From NCBI GenBank assembly GCA_018398765.1, contig JAHBMJ010000124.1, positions 116,564 through 136,563 on the forward strand: a stretch of 20,000 bases of DNA, given 5' to 3'. The translations under genes and the position numbers were made by a program. Under the pieces are notes generated by a model, which saw nothing but the letters and a program-made list of their open reading frames with translations, was not told where the DNA came from and searched no databases. This document shows positions 12,661 to 19,077 of the stretch, piece by piece. Origin of the DNA: Chromera velia (Eukaryota). How positions within the stretch are numbered: position 1 is the first letter of the stretch; every line of letters starts with the position of its first letter.

Positions 12661-14221
12661 AGACAGAGACAGAGACAGAGACAGCGACAACGACAGAGAC
12701 AGAGACATAAGCAATTAATTCGATTGACTAGCTGACTGACCCACTGACTGACCGTAGAGCCAACAGTTGAAGGGCTCCGGGAAGTCCGCAGCCGAGAGGG
12801 TAGACCAGAACGTCAGAAGCCTGCAGGGGTTTGTTTGCGCACACAAACATGAACTCACTTACATGCGTAGGCACACGCCACAGTTTCACCCGCAATCACA
12901 CGCATTCATTCATTTGCGTACTTGCTCTTGAATCCTCCCATCCATCTACCATGAATCCATGCGTGCCTTTTAGCTACTGTTTGCTGCTCCGCAAAGAGAG
13001 AGACCCGTTCACTGAGTCGACTGAATGAGAAGGGTATCCACTGGCAGGAAGGAAAGCAGAAGCATGAATGAAGGAAGAAAGGGCCGCCTGTCGATGAAAG
13101 TGAAAGGAAGGAAGGAAAGAAACCTGACAGTCAGACAAACCTCTGGTACCCGTCTCCCTGATAGGTGATGTCAGTCACCAGGGACCCTGCGAACTGTCCT
13201 GCAACGGCGTCTGACCATAGAGTGCTGCAGGAAGGGAGGGAGTGAGAAAGGGGAGGATTTCAGTTAAGCAATTAGACTGAGAAATAATCTGAGTACATTG
13301 ACCTGACATCTTATGGGTGAACACTTCATTCGTGGACAGACGCTCTTTCTTTCATTTGACTTGAAAGCTCTGAAAGGAGAGTCTGAGGGAATCAACTCAG
13401 CAATACACGTTGTCAACAGTTGAATCATCCGCAGGGAAGAAAAAGCGTCTACTTCAAGGCCATACACACACACGCATGGGTTTAAACACACACACACACA
13501 CACACACACATACACACACACAGAGAGAGAGAGTGACTGACGGATCTGTATCCTGAATCATCTGCGAAGAGAGGAATCTGTAGAAGTACGCATCTCCTAC
13601 GAGGCCCCTCTCAATCATCAGATCCATGAACGCTCTGTACGAAGTCTGCAAGCAACCAAACAAACAAGCCAGGGGTCAAGCAGGGAGGGAGGCTGGAGGG
13701 ATGGGGTCTCAAATCGTACGACTGATGTTGTCAGACAAATACTTTAACTTGTGTTTGGAAGGCCAGGAGTAGCGGTGACTGAGAGGGGGGGACTGAACCG
13801 CATTATCGGCTCTGCACGGTACCTGTTTTTGTGGAATGGAAGCCAACCGCCTGGCTGATTGACTGACTGACATCAAGGTATGCGTAGATGTACTTATCCG
13901 CCCTCTGATTGTTGTTCTGCTCGATTCGGGTGCGCCTGCTCGTTCGTTCGGTAGAAAGAGAAAGAGAAGGGGAGAAGAGGGCGAATGAAAAAAAGTGATG
14001 ATGAAAATGAAGGAGGAAGACGGAAGGGAGGAGGAACTTCAGCAGGGAGAATGAGCAGAAGACAACGGATGGATGAAGAAAGAATGAAACCAAGGAAAGG
14101 AAAGAAGGCAAGGAAGAGAGCACACCAAAAAGAAAGGGGGAGAGACAGACCAGATGCTCAGCACACTGTTGTAGTTCGGGTCTCCCACAGCAGGCAGCTC
14201 TGGGAGGGGAGCACGGAACAG

Positions 14222-14258
<37 letters not shown>

Positions 14259-15105
14259 CAAAGTTGAAAACTAGAGAGAGGCATGCAACAGAGACAACAC
14301 AGACCACTTCACGTGTCTGGAGGAGCAATAAAACATTCCCTGCCTGTGTGCACCTCGACTACGCAGCCTTCCTCCCGGGGCACCAGATCTCTCCGGGAGC
14401 CCCGACCTGTCGTCCGGTTGCTCTTGCATGCGCTGGCTAAGACGGAACAATCAAGCGGAGTCCATATGCCTCAAAAGAGAGAAGTCTGCACACCCCCATT
14501 TCGATCCTGAATATGCATGCCGTCGCACTGAGAATGAAATTCATGATGTCGTCTGCAATCAATGCGAGAAGGAAAAAACACGACTGCAATCAATGCGAGA
14601 AGGAAAGAACACGACTGCAATCAATGCGAGAAGGAAAAAACACGACTGCAATCAATGCGAGAAGGAAAAAACACGAGTGACTGACCTACCTCGACCTTGA
14701 GTCCGTTGTTGGTAATGCAGTCGGAGAGCGAACGTGCGAGTTCCTGCCCCAATGTATTGTCCAAATAATACATGGTCAGTCTCTTGATGCCATACAGACT
14801 GATCAGGTTGATGTCCAGGGAGCAGCCCCCGGATCCCGGCATGTTCCTGCAGGGAGGGAGGGAGGGAGGGAGATACATGCGGATATACTCATACATGCAT
14901 GCTCATATGCACACATACCGGCGTTTATATTCATGCTCGTACACACACATACATGCGAAAACACCCACAGCGCACATACACACACACACGCTCTCACATA
15001 CGCTCTCACACACATGCACCTACCCGTCCAGCCACACACAGGTGTACATACATGGAGTCACACAGACACTGACACCCCACAGAGACAGAAAGCTGCGCGC
15101 GCGTA

Positions 15106-15183
<78 letters not shown>

Positions 15184-17075
15184 GGGGTTGTCCTCTCCAT
15201 CCTGCTCCCCTATCGCGTCCCCTCCTCTCTTCCCGCCACTCGAAGTACTTTTCCCCCCGCTTCCAATCTATTTGTTATTTCTTCTCTTCCATCTCCCCCC
15301 CTCCCCGTTTTTCCGCTGCCCCCCCCCATCCTTCTCCGTCTCCTTCTCCTCTGCTCGCGGAGGAAGACTGCTGCCTCCAAACACACCCAGAGAAAAAAAA
15401 AAGTCACATCCAAAGAGGAATTTCGGCAGGGAGGTCATCACAGGGAAGGAAATTTACCGCAGTAATACCACGAGCCTGTCAGCGTATGGACACGATGCGC
15501 TGTCGGAAGCATGAGCTAGCTACCCGCCGCCTCCCCCCCTTCAGAGGCCCCCTCCTTCTCCCTCTGCCTGTCTCCCACTGTTCCCTATTTGAATAACCGA
15601 CGAAGGCAAATCTGTTTGTGGAAACAAGAAAGAGCCTTTCTGCCTGTCTACCTGCCTGCCTACCTGAGGAAGAAAGAGTAGTACTCCTTCTTGGACAGCT
15701 CAGGGTCCCCCGAGAGGTCGGAGATCTGCATCGCCTCGAAGGCTGTACCCAGAGAGGCAACCGCTCGACTGATGAAGGACCAGTGACAGCAAATCAACGC
15801 GTTCGTCGGGGTGCGGTGGGTGCTCGAGGGATTCATGTGCTCTGCATAGAGGGATACAGTCATTTGTTCATAAATTGACACGGTCTTTGAGCACGCCTCT
15901 AGAAGACGTGATATGGTTTTCTTTCCTCATTCTGAAAAACACTGAAGGAGTGAATTTGCTTTCGCGTTCGTTCTGATCGTGTGCACAACACAAGAAGGCC
16001 TTTGCATTCTTTGTGTGCCAATTCTGCTGCCTCAGGATTTCCTATCCCCAAAGACTTTCACAATATCCGTTCACAACAAGGCAACGTGTGCCCCCTCCCT
16101 CCCTCCCTGCTTCCTTCCTTCCCTCCCTCCCTTCCTCACTCCCTGCTTCCCTCCCTCCCTCCCTCCCTCCCTCCTTGCTTCCTCACTCGCTGCTTCCCTT
16201 CCTCCCTGCTTCACTTCCTCCGTGCTTCCCCTCCTCCGTGCTTCCCTCCCTTCCTGCTTCCCTTCCTCCCTCCCTCCCTTCCTCCTTTCCTCCCTTCCTC
16301 ACTCCCTGCTTCCCTCCCTCCCTCCCTCCCTTCCTCACTCCCTGCTTCCCTTCCTCCCTCCTTCACTCCCTCCGTGCTTCCCCTCCTCCGTGCTTCCCTC
16401 CCTTCCTGCTTCCCTTCCTCCCTCCCTCCCTCCGCGCCTGCCCCCCTCTCCGCTTTGACTAATCAGTACTTGCTCCTGACGGATCATTCGTCCGCAAAGC
16501 ACCCCACTATAAGGTCAGTTCAATGCTGCTATCATCCGATTTTTGCATTTAGAAACGGACTGTCCGGATAGGCTGTGGCAGCGCTACACCTTCTCGCACG
16601 GCCAGTAAATATTCCCATATCACTCTGCAAGTACCTCGCGTGCATTGTACATGTTCTGACTGACCGACTGCCCACTGCACAGCCCTGGACTGTTCCCTGA
16701 GATCGTCTTTGAAGTCCAGAGCAACAGTGAAGTTGTTCTTCTGAGCCATCGACACGGGCAGAAGATCTGTGTAGTGTCTCTCCCAAGCCAGCTTGGCCAT
16801 GTATGCGTAGATCGGGAACATCCAAAAACCCCTGAAAGAAAAGGAGAGAGAAAACAGGGTCAGAGGGCAGAAGATCAATTTTGGCCGAAAAGATAGATAA
16901 ACAGAACAAGGTCAGTCAATCTTAATTGTTTGTCTCCTGTTCTTCTGCATGCCGACCATTTGAAGTCTCCGTCGTACCCGAGCTGTACCTGCTGGCTCAT
17001 CGCACAAACAAAAAGAACTACAACGAGAAGAAAAATTCTGATTACCCCCAACCGGGGGGGAGGGGCTCCTCGCAT
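1562..17075 (-). CDS. 32-exon multi-pass membrane receptor: signal peptide + Venus-flytrap (ANF_receptor-like) domain + Cys-rich (GCC2/GCC3, ephrin-receptor-like) repeats + ~9 TM + long cytoplasmic tail; 1766 aa
   Basis: Hand-built join in transcript order: 16957-17075, 16665-16831, 15664-15841, 14690-14846, 14151-14221, 13872-13935, 13542-13645, 13141-13224, 12753-12820, 11988-12410, 11644-11751, 11246-11419, 10895-10964, 10449-10496, 10189-10239, 9744-9794, 9294-9408, 8889-8984, 8639-8702, 8068-8176, 7679-7810, 7291-7418, 6759-7037, 6008-6524, 5711-5803, 5305-5382, 4924-5063, 4377-4471, 3696-3938, 3347-3437, 2226-3035, 1562-1935. All introns are GT..CAG (125-823 nt), phases match at each junction, total 5301 nt from ATG to TGA. 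Family motifs are rebuilt across junctions (FFLR|NMP, FTG|VSG, DRW|WYQ, WPW|PQKMHNWLE). Domain names come from motif recognition, not a database search. Confidence 0.9.
2226..3035 (-). CDS. Receptor exon 31 (low-complexity Ser/Arg/Pro/Gly-rich cytoplasmic tail)
   Basis: 810-nt open frame; TGCAG acceptor, GTTCGT donor. Confidence 0.85.
3347..3437 (-). CDS. Receptor exon 30 (LLDALRLISVEALNTGSLKRLCWIRREDSS)
   Basis: TACAG / GTCAGT, phases 0/1. Confidence 0.82.
3696..3938 (-). CDS. Receptor exon 29 (TM9 and membrane-proximal cytoplasmic helices)
   Basis: CGCAG / GTAGGT, phases 0/0. Confidence 0.88.
4329..4376. repeat. (TGAC)12, i.e. (GTCA)12 on the sense strand, starting exactly at the intron 28 donor
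   Basis: Read directly. Confidence 0.95.
4377..4471 (-). CDS. Receptor exon 28 (TM8, PQKMHNWLEVILLSGLLCICLYAMTQLPVED)
   Basis: P(W/Y)xxxxxNxLE motif; TGCAG / GTCAGT. Confidence 0.9.
4924..5063 (-). CDS. Receptor exon 27 (TM6-TM7, WYQLATRFRGLLLVLCLVVTRQQHLQVAFLFIVCLFSLILLCVYWP)
   Basis: Frame absent from the ORF track; TGCAG / GTCAGT. Confidence 0.9.
5305..5382 (-). CDS. Receptor exon 26 (LYPTIPDFRIRYNFMVSFSRFRPDR)
   Basis: FxxRYxF...F(R/K)xxxWW loop motif; TGCAG / GTCAGT. Confidence 0.9.
5679..5710. repeat. (AGAC)8, i.e. (GTCT)8 on the sense strand, starting exactly at the intron 25 donor
   Basis: Read directly. Confidence 0.93.
5711..5803 (-). CDS. Receptor exon 25 (TM5, WTLFPVAIVSTLIYAVALLAVCAVVVWQAP)
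   Basis: TGCAG / GTCTGT. Confidence 0.9.
6008..6524 (-). CDS. Receptor exon 24 (FDFLRLEC, TM3, charged loop, TM4, LFIC...LVSDPSFFCY)
   Basis: TGCAG / GTAGGT; long open frame with two hydrophobic helices. Confidence 0.92.
6759..7037 (-). CDS. Receptor exon 23 (end of TM1, TM2 ...VLTFLQSAALF, acidic Ser/Thr loop)
   Basis: TGCAG / GTCAGT, phases 1/1. Confidence 0.88.
7291..7418 (-). CDS. Receptor exon 22 (HFCDRC...CMDC and start of TM1)
   Basis: CxxxxxGxxCxxC...CxxC followed by a hydrophobic helix; TGCAG / GTCGGT. Confidence 0.9.
7679..7810 (-). CDS. Receptor exon 21 (YYAAPVDSE...VYECVSATACPG...ECAEDFE)
   Basis: TGCAG / GTAAGA; juxtamembrane Cys module. Confidence 0.9.
8068..8176 (-). CDS. 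Receptor exon 20 (ERDYYFIPKDGICVMCGEGCVNPSGQKDSPPLVAA)
   Basis: TGCAG / GTCAGT, phases 1/2. Confidence 0.88.
8639..8702 (-). CDS. Receptor exon 19 (ECGTNFTTSVEASANATRDCI)
   Basis: Second half of a GCC2/GCC3-like unit; TGCAG / GTCAGT. Confidence 0.88.
8889..8984 (-). CDS. Receptor exon 18 (SAGYFSNTTGLSECLRCSVGSYQEEYGQTGCL)
   Basis: GCC2/GCC3-like CxxGxYQxxxGQTxC; TGCAG / GTCAGT. Confidence 0.92.
9294..9408 (-). CDS. Receptor exon 17 (CASCPPGTHAPETGSSSCTVCPAGTAQSSTGSASCVAC)
   Basis: Cys repeats in a frame absent from the ORF track; TGCAG / GTGAGT. Confidence 0.92.
9423..9474. repeat. (GA)n-(AAAG)n microsatellite forming the pyrimidine tract before exon 17
   Basis: Read directly. Confidence 0.9.
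9744..9794 (-). CDS. Receptor exon 16 (CQECPEGTFASESQSS), 51 nt
   Basis: Cys repeat, paralogous to exon 15; TGCAG / GTCAGT; phase 2/2. Confidence 0.9.
9798..9830. repeat. (CA)n microsatellite abutting the exon 16 acceptor
   Basis: Read directly; a similar tract abuts the exon 5 acceptor at 14225-14253. Confidence 0.9.
10189..10239 (-). CDS. Receptor exon 15 (CDECTPGTFAGSEQSS), 51 nt
   Basis: Cys repeat; TGCAG / GTCAGT; phase 2/2. Confidence 0.9.
10449..10496 (-). CDS. Receptor exon 14 (CTACGVGFSAGVGST), 48 nt
   Basis: Cys repeat; TGCAG / GTCAGT; phase 2/2. Confidence 0.87.
10895..10964 (-). CDS. Receptor exon 13 (EELLESCKECPVGTYSDTAGST)
   Basis: Cys repeat; TGCAG / GTCTGT. Confidence 0.9.
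11246..11419 (-). CDS. Receptor exon 12 (end of VFT, WTFYDGSSTPP, first Cys repeat ECGAGFY...CQPCPAGTYQDET)
   Basis: CGCAG / GTGAGT; CxxCPxGTY motif. Confidence 0.92.
11644..11751 (-). CDS. Receptor exon 11 (VSGPVSYSETTGDRNEPARLSAYNIRRGVPGNRVI)
   Basis: Completes the FxGxSGxVxF...GDR VFT motif; TGCAG / GTAAGT. Confidence 0.92.
11988..12410 (-). CDS. Receptor exon 10 (Cys-rich insertion, then AFDAAMTVLAA...NNSFSFT)
   Basis: AFDAAMTVLAA corresponds to the VFT 'aYDAVxxxAxA' helix; TGCAG / GTCAGT. Confidence 0.92.
12455..12706. repeat. Compound microsatellite (GA)n/(GACA)n/(GACAGC)n/(GACAGA)n in intron 9
   Basis: Read directly; hexamer array ~12551-12660. Confidence 0.95.
12753..12820 (-). CDS. 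Receptor exon 9 (LLTFWSTLSAADFPEPFNCWLY)
   Basis: TGCAG / GTCAGT, phases 2/1; not in the ORF track. Confidence 0.85.
13141..13224 (-). CDS. Receptor exon 8 (TLWSDAVAGQFAGSLVTDITYQGDGYQ)
   Basis: TGCAG / GTTTGT, phases 2/2; not in the ORF track. Confidence 0.82.
13542..13645 (-). CDS. Receptor exon 7 (TSYRAFMDLMIERGLVGDAYFYRFLSSQMIQDTD)
   Basis: Resembles the VFT 'axxxglxgxxyxwi' segment; TGCAG / GTCAGT. Confidence 0.88.
13872..13935 (-). CDS. Receptor exon 6 (RTRIEQNNNQRADKYIYAYLD)
   Basis: AGCAG acceptor (atypical), GTCAGT donor; needed to bridge phase 2 to phase 0. Confidence 0.72.
14151..14221 (-). CDS. Receptor exon 5 (LFRAPLPELPAVGDPNYNSVLSI)
   Basis: (TG)n-TGCAG acceptor, GTCTGT donor, phases 0/2. 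Confidence 0.8.
14553..14676. repeat. Minisatellite, 4 x 31 bp (CTGCAATCAATGCGAGAAGGAAAAAACACGA) in intron 4
   Basis: Units start at 14553, 14584, 14615, 14646; one A>G variant in unit 2. Confidence 0.95.
14690..14846 (-). CDS. Receptor exon 4 (VFT lobe II, NMPGSGG...YGIKRLTMYYLDNTLGQEL...GLKVE)
   Basis: Resembles the 'fgWkrvaiiyxddxyG' VFT segment; TGCAG / GTAGGT. Confidence 0.9.
15105..15180. repeat. (CA)n-(GA)n-G30 compound microsatellite in intron 3
   Basis: Read directly; G run at 15151-15180. Confidence 0.92.
15664..15841 (-). CDS. Receptor exon 3 (VFT core, ALICCHWS...MQISDLSGDPELSKKEYYSFFLR)
   Basis: Matches the QIS...LSxKxxYxxFxR motif of class C GPCR/ANF-receptor ligand-binding domains; TGCAG acceptor, GTAGGC donor. 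Confidence 0.92.
16091..16450. repeat. Compound polypyrimidine/polypurine satellite (CCCT/CCTT core with recurring CCTCACTCCCTGCTTCCC and CCTCCGTGCTTCCC units) in intron 2
   Basis: About 360 nt almost entirely C/T on the plus strand. Confidence 0.92.
16665..16831 (-). CDS. Receptor exon 2 (VFT N-terminus, GFWMFPIYAY...AVQWAV)
   Basis: Pyrimidine tract + TTCAG acceptor; GTCAGT donor; open frame with matching phases. Confidence 0.85.
16957..17075 (-). CDS. Receptor exon 1: signal peptide MRGAPPPRLGVIRIFLLVVVLFVCAMS then QQVQLGYDGDFK
   Basis: ATG at 17075, basic n-region, hydrophobic h-region; donor GTCGGC, phase 2. Confidence 0.8.
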
Positions 17076-17803
17076 CACTCCTCCTATCCGATTACTTATT
17101 TATTCAGGAAATACGTGTATACGGCTGTGTCTTTACTCGATCTTCGTGTTGTTTTAGTGGAACGTTGCGTGAGAGGATGGTAGGGAAAAAGCGGAATGAA
17201 ACTTTGAATATACTGGAAACTTCTGATACCGTCAACGTAAAACTTGATGTGGCAGTTTCCTGACTCGAAAACTGCATGTCTTGATTCTGCAAAGGAAAGG
17301 AAAGGGCATGCAGAATTAAAGGAATTAATTAAGGGTCATATAGAATTTAATTAGCTACACGTATCGCGTATGAGGAGGACGAGAATCGGCTAGGCTATTC
17401 GGATCGTGGAGCACTTCTACGAAGTGGGCCTCGGCATGCCCCGCGGGCACTGTCCCCGCACAAAAATATTTGAAGGAGACGGCTCTCACGGAGACGGCCG
17501 GCTTGAGTCGGGACCAGGGCTCGTTCCTTCCTTCCTTCCTTTTTGGATGGAATCGACGAGGGTTTCACGGCACGTACAGAACAACCGAGAAAAGAGGAAG
17601 CCGTCAGTGTGCTCTCCAACTTCAGCCGCGACATATTAGTAACGCTGCATCTCGAGTTTCGCTTCATTGTGCAAAAGTAAATGATCAAAGGAATTCAACT
17701 GCGCGGTTTGTTGGTTTCTTTTGGCGCTCGCAATCCATTCCTCTCTCGATCTCCCGGTGCTTTTCATTCTGTCAGAAGAAGCATTTCAAGATCCTCAATC
17801 TCC
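17076..17803. promoter_or_regulatory. Divergent intergenic region (5' UTRs and candidate bidirectional promoter)
   Basis: 728 nt between two outward-facing ATGs; central AT-rich patch (~17313-17352) with repeated TTAATTA; no microsatellites. Function inferred from position only. Confidence 0.5.
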
Positions 17804-18667
17804 ATGGGTGTGTTCGGAACCTTCTGCCAAATCTGCGGGCTCCCTGTCCAGCACACCTGTTACGTCTCTATTGATGGGGGTCCTGAGGGGGTGATGAGAA
17901 TCTACAGGGGTGATCCACAGGACGAGGAACCTGAGGCGCCCCCCCCGGTCCCCTTCCTCCTGGAACACGCCTGGCTCTGTGAGGCGGTTGCACTCTCCCC
18001 AGACCCCACACGTCCTCCAGTCCCAGGAACCGTACAAGACGGGGACCTCAAGCCGAATAACCCAGAAGACATACCCGCACCCCCCCCAACCGAGATACCC
18101 CCCGAGCTGGCTGCAATGCCGGGCTTCGACCCAGAGGCGTTTCACCAGTTGCAGGCGTCAATGGCAGCCTCGAGGACGCTCTTTGTGGCCACGGGGGACG
18201 CGGACGACAGCGACGACGGGCTGATTACAGTCCACTCTGCTTGCTTGGATCTGGCAACAGAGCACAGAGCGAGGCGGGGCCTTCCTCCGCCCTCAGTGGA
18301 AGACATCGAAAGAGTCTCTGCCTCAGACGCCTGGCGGCCCTTCTCCAATACTTACCACCAGCAGCTGTTTGACTTCGACAGACTCAGGTCAGACGATCTC
18401 GCGTGGGCTTTGGTGGACCCCCGCATGGTTCAGGATGGGGAGGCGGACACAAGCTCGGGATCAGATGATGCAGCAGGAGAGGGAAACGGGCCGCACAGAG
18501 CAGACGATTCGTCGGGCGCAAACACCGGCTTAGAGGGTGGGTCGGCAGGAGGCTCATCAGCTGATGTGAATGCCTCGGGTGGTACTGTGGAGGCAGCTGC
18601 GAAACGGTCCCGCTTGAGGGTTCTTGCCCTCCTTTCGGCACTTGACGCAGGAAACACTGCTGAGTAG
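17804..18667 (+). CDS. Intronless hypothetical protein, 287 aa, putative Zn-binding (CQICG ... HSAC)
   Basis: 864-nt uninterrupted GC-rich ORF without microsatellites. ATG at 17804 (MGVFGTFCQICGLP) is preferred over the in-frame ATG at 17681 because the intervening 41 codons are T-rich and UTR-like. Confidence 0.82.
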   Translation: MGVFGTFCQICGLPVQHTCYVSIDGGPEGVMRIYRGDPQDEEPEAPPPVPFLLEHAWLCEAVALSPDPTRPPVPGTVQDGDLKPNNPEDIPAPPPTEIPPELAAMPGFDPEAFHQLQASMAASRTLFVATGDADDSDDGLITVHSACLDLATEHRARRGLPPPSVEDIERVSASDAWRPFSNTYHQQLFDFDRLRSDDLAWALVDPRMVQDGEADTSSGSDDAAGEGNGPHRADDSSGANTGLEGGSAGGSSADVNASGGTVEAAAKRSRLRVLALLSALDAGNTAE

Positions 18668-18809
18668 AACTAAGCATCGATACAACGTTGATGTTGGCCG
18701 GAGCTCAGTACGAACTCGATTGACTCGAGTGACCGACTGACTCTTGACCGACCGACAGAAATTGGACAGAAACAGAAAGGACAGACAGACCGCCTTACTT
18801 AAATTCCTT

Positions 18810-18969
18810 ACTTCGTTTCTTTCTTTTCTTCCTGTCTTTCCTTTTCTTTTTATTTTTTTGCTCTGTCTTGTTTCTGTCTGTTTGTTTGTCTGTCCGTCTG
18901 TCCGTTTGTCTTTCTTTCTTTTTGTCTGTTATGTACATGAAAAAAAGAAGGGAGAAGAAGAAACATATA

Positions 18970-19003
<34 letters not shown>

Positions 19004-19077
19004 TTTGTTCATGAAGAAAAGGAGGAAAGAAACCATATTGTCTGTCTGTCTGTCTGTCTGCCTGTCTATGTCTCTGT
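18810..19077. repeat. T-rich / (TCTG)n microsatellite cluster downstream of the plus-strand gene
   Basis: (TCTG)n at ~18971-19002 and ~19041-19077. Confidence 0.85.

Noticed and set aside
12351..12718. ORFs with SD-repeat (DSDSDS, Sdr/Clf-adhesin-like), TA-repeat or SL-repeat translations
   Set aside because: Translations of a (GACAGC)n/(GA)n microsatellite lying within intron 9, which has clean GTCAGT..TGCAG ends
14553..14676. CRISPR array
   Set aside because: Head-to-tail tandem units with no unique spacers
14772..15596. Long plus-strand His/Thr/Gly-rich ORFs
   Set aside because: Derived from (CA)n, (GA)n and poly-G in intron 3, antisense to the receptor
15979..16571. Three overlapping Pro/Ser/Leu-rich ORFs
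   Set aside because: Open in all three frames only because a C/T satellite lacks stop codons; intronic
1936..16956. Introner-like (transposon-derived) introns as the cause of high intron density
   Set aside because: By eye the introns share no extended sequence similarity, terminal inverted repeats or target-site duplications; a genome-wide intron all-vs-all BLAST would be needed to exclude it fully
3696..17075. Calling the gene a GABA-B, mGluR or CaSR orthologue
   Set aside because: Only the VFT is shared; about 9 TM helices with different motifs and altered pocket residues, so no gene symbol is given
17681..17803. Upstream in-frame ATG extension of the plus-strand gene
   Set aside because: Composition is T-rich and UTR-like, and protein-like sequence starts at MGVFG. 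It cannot be fully excluded as a targeting presequence.
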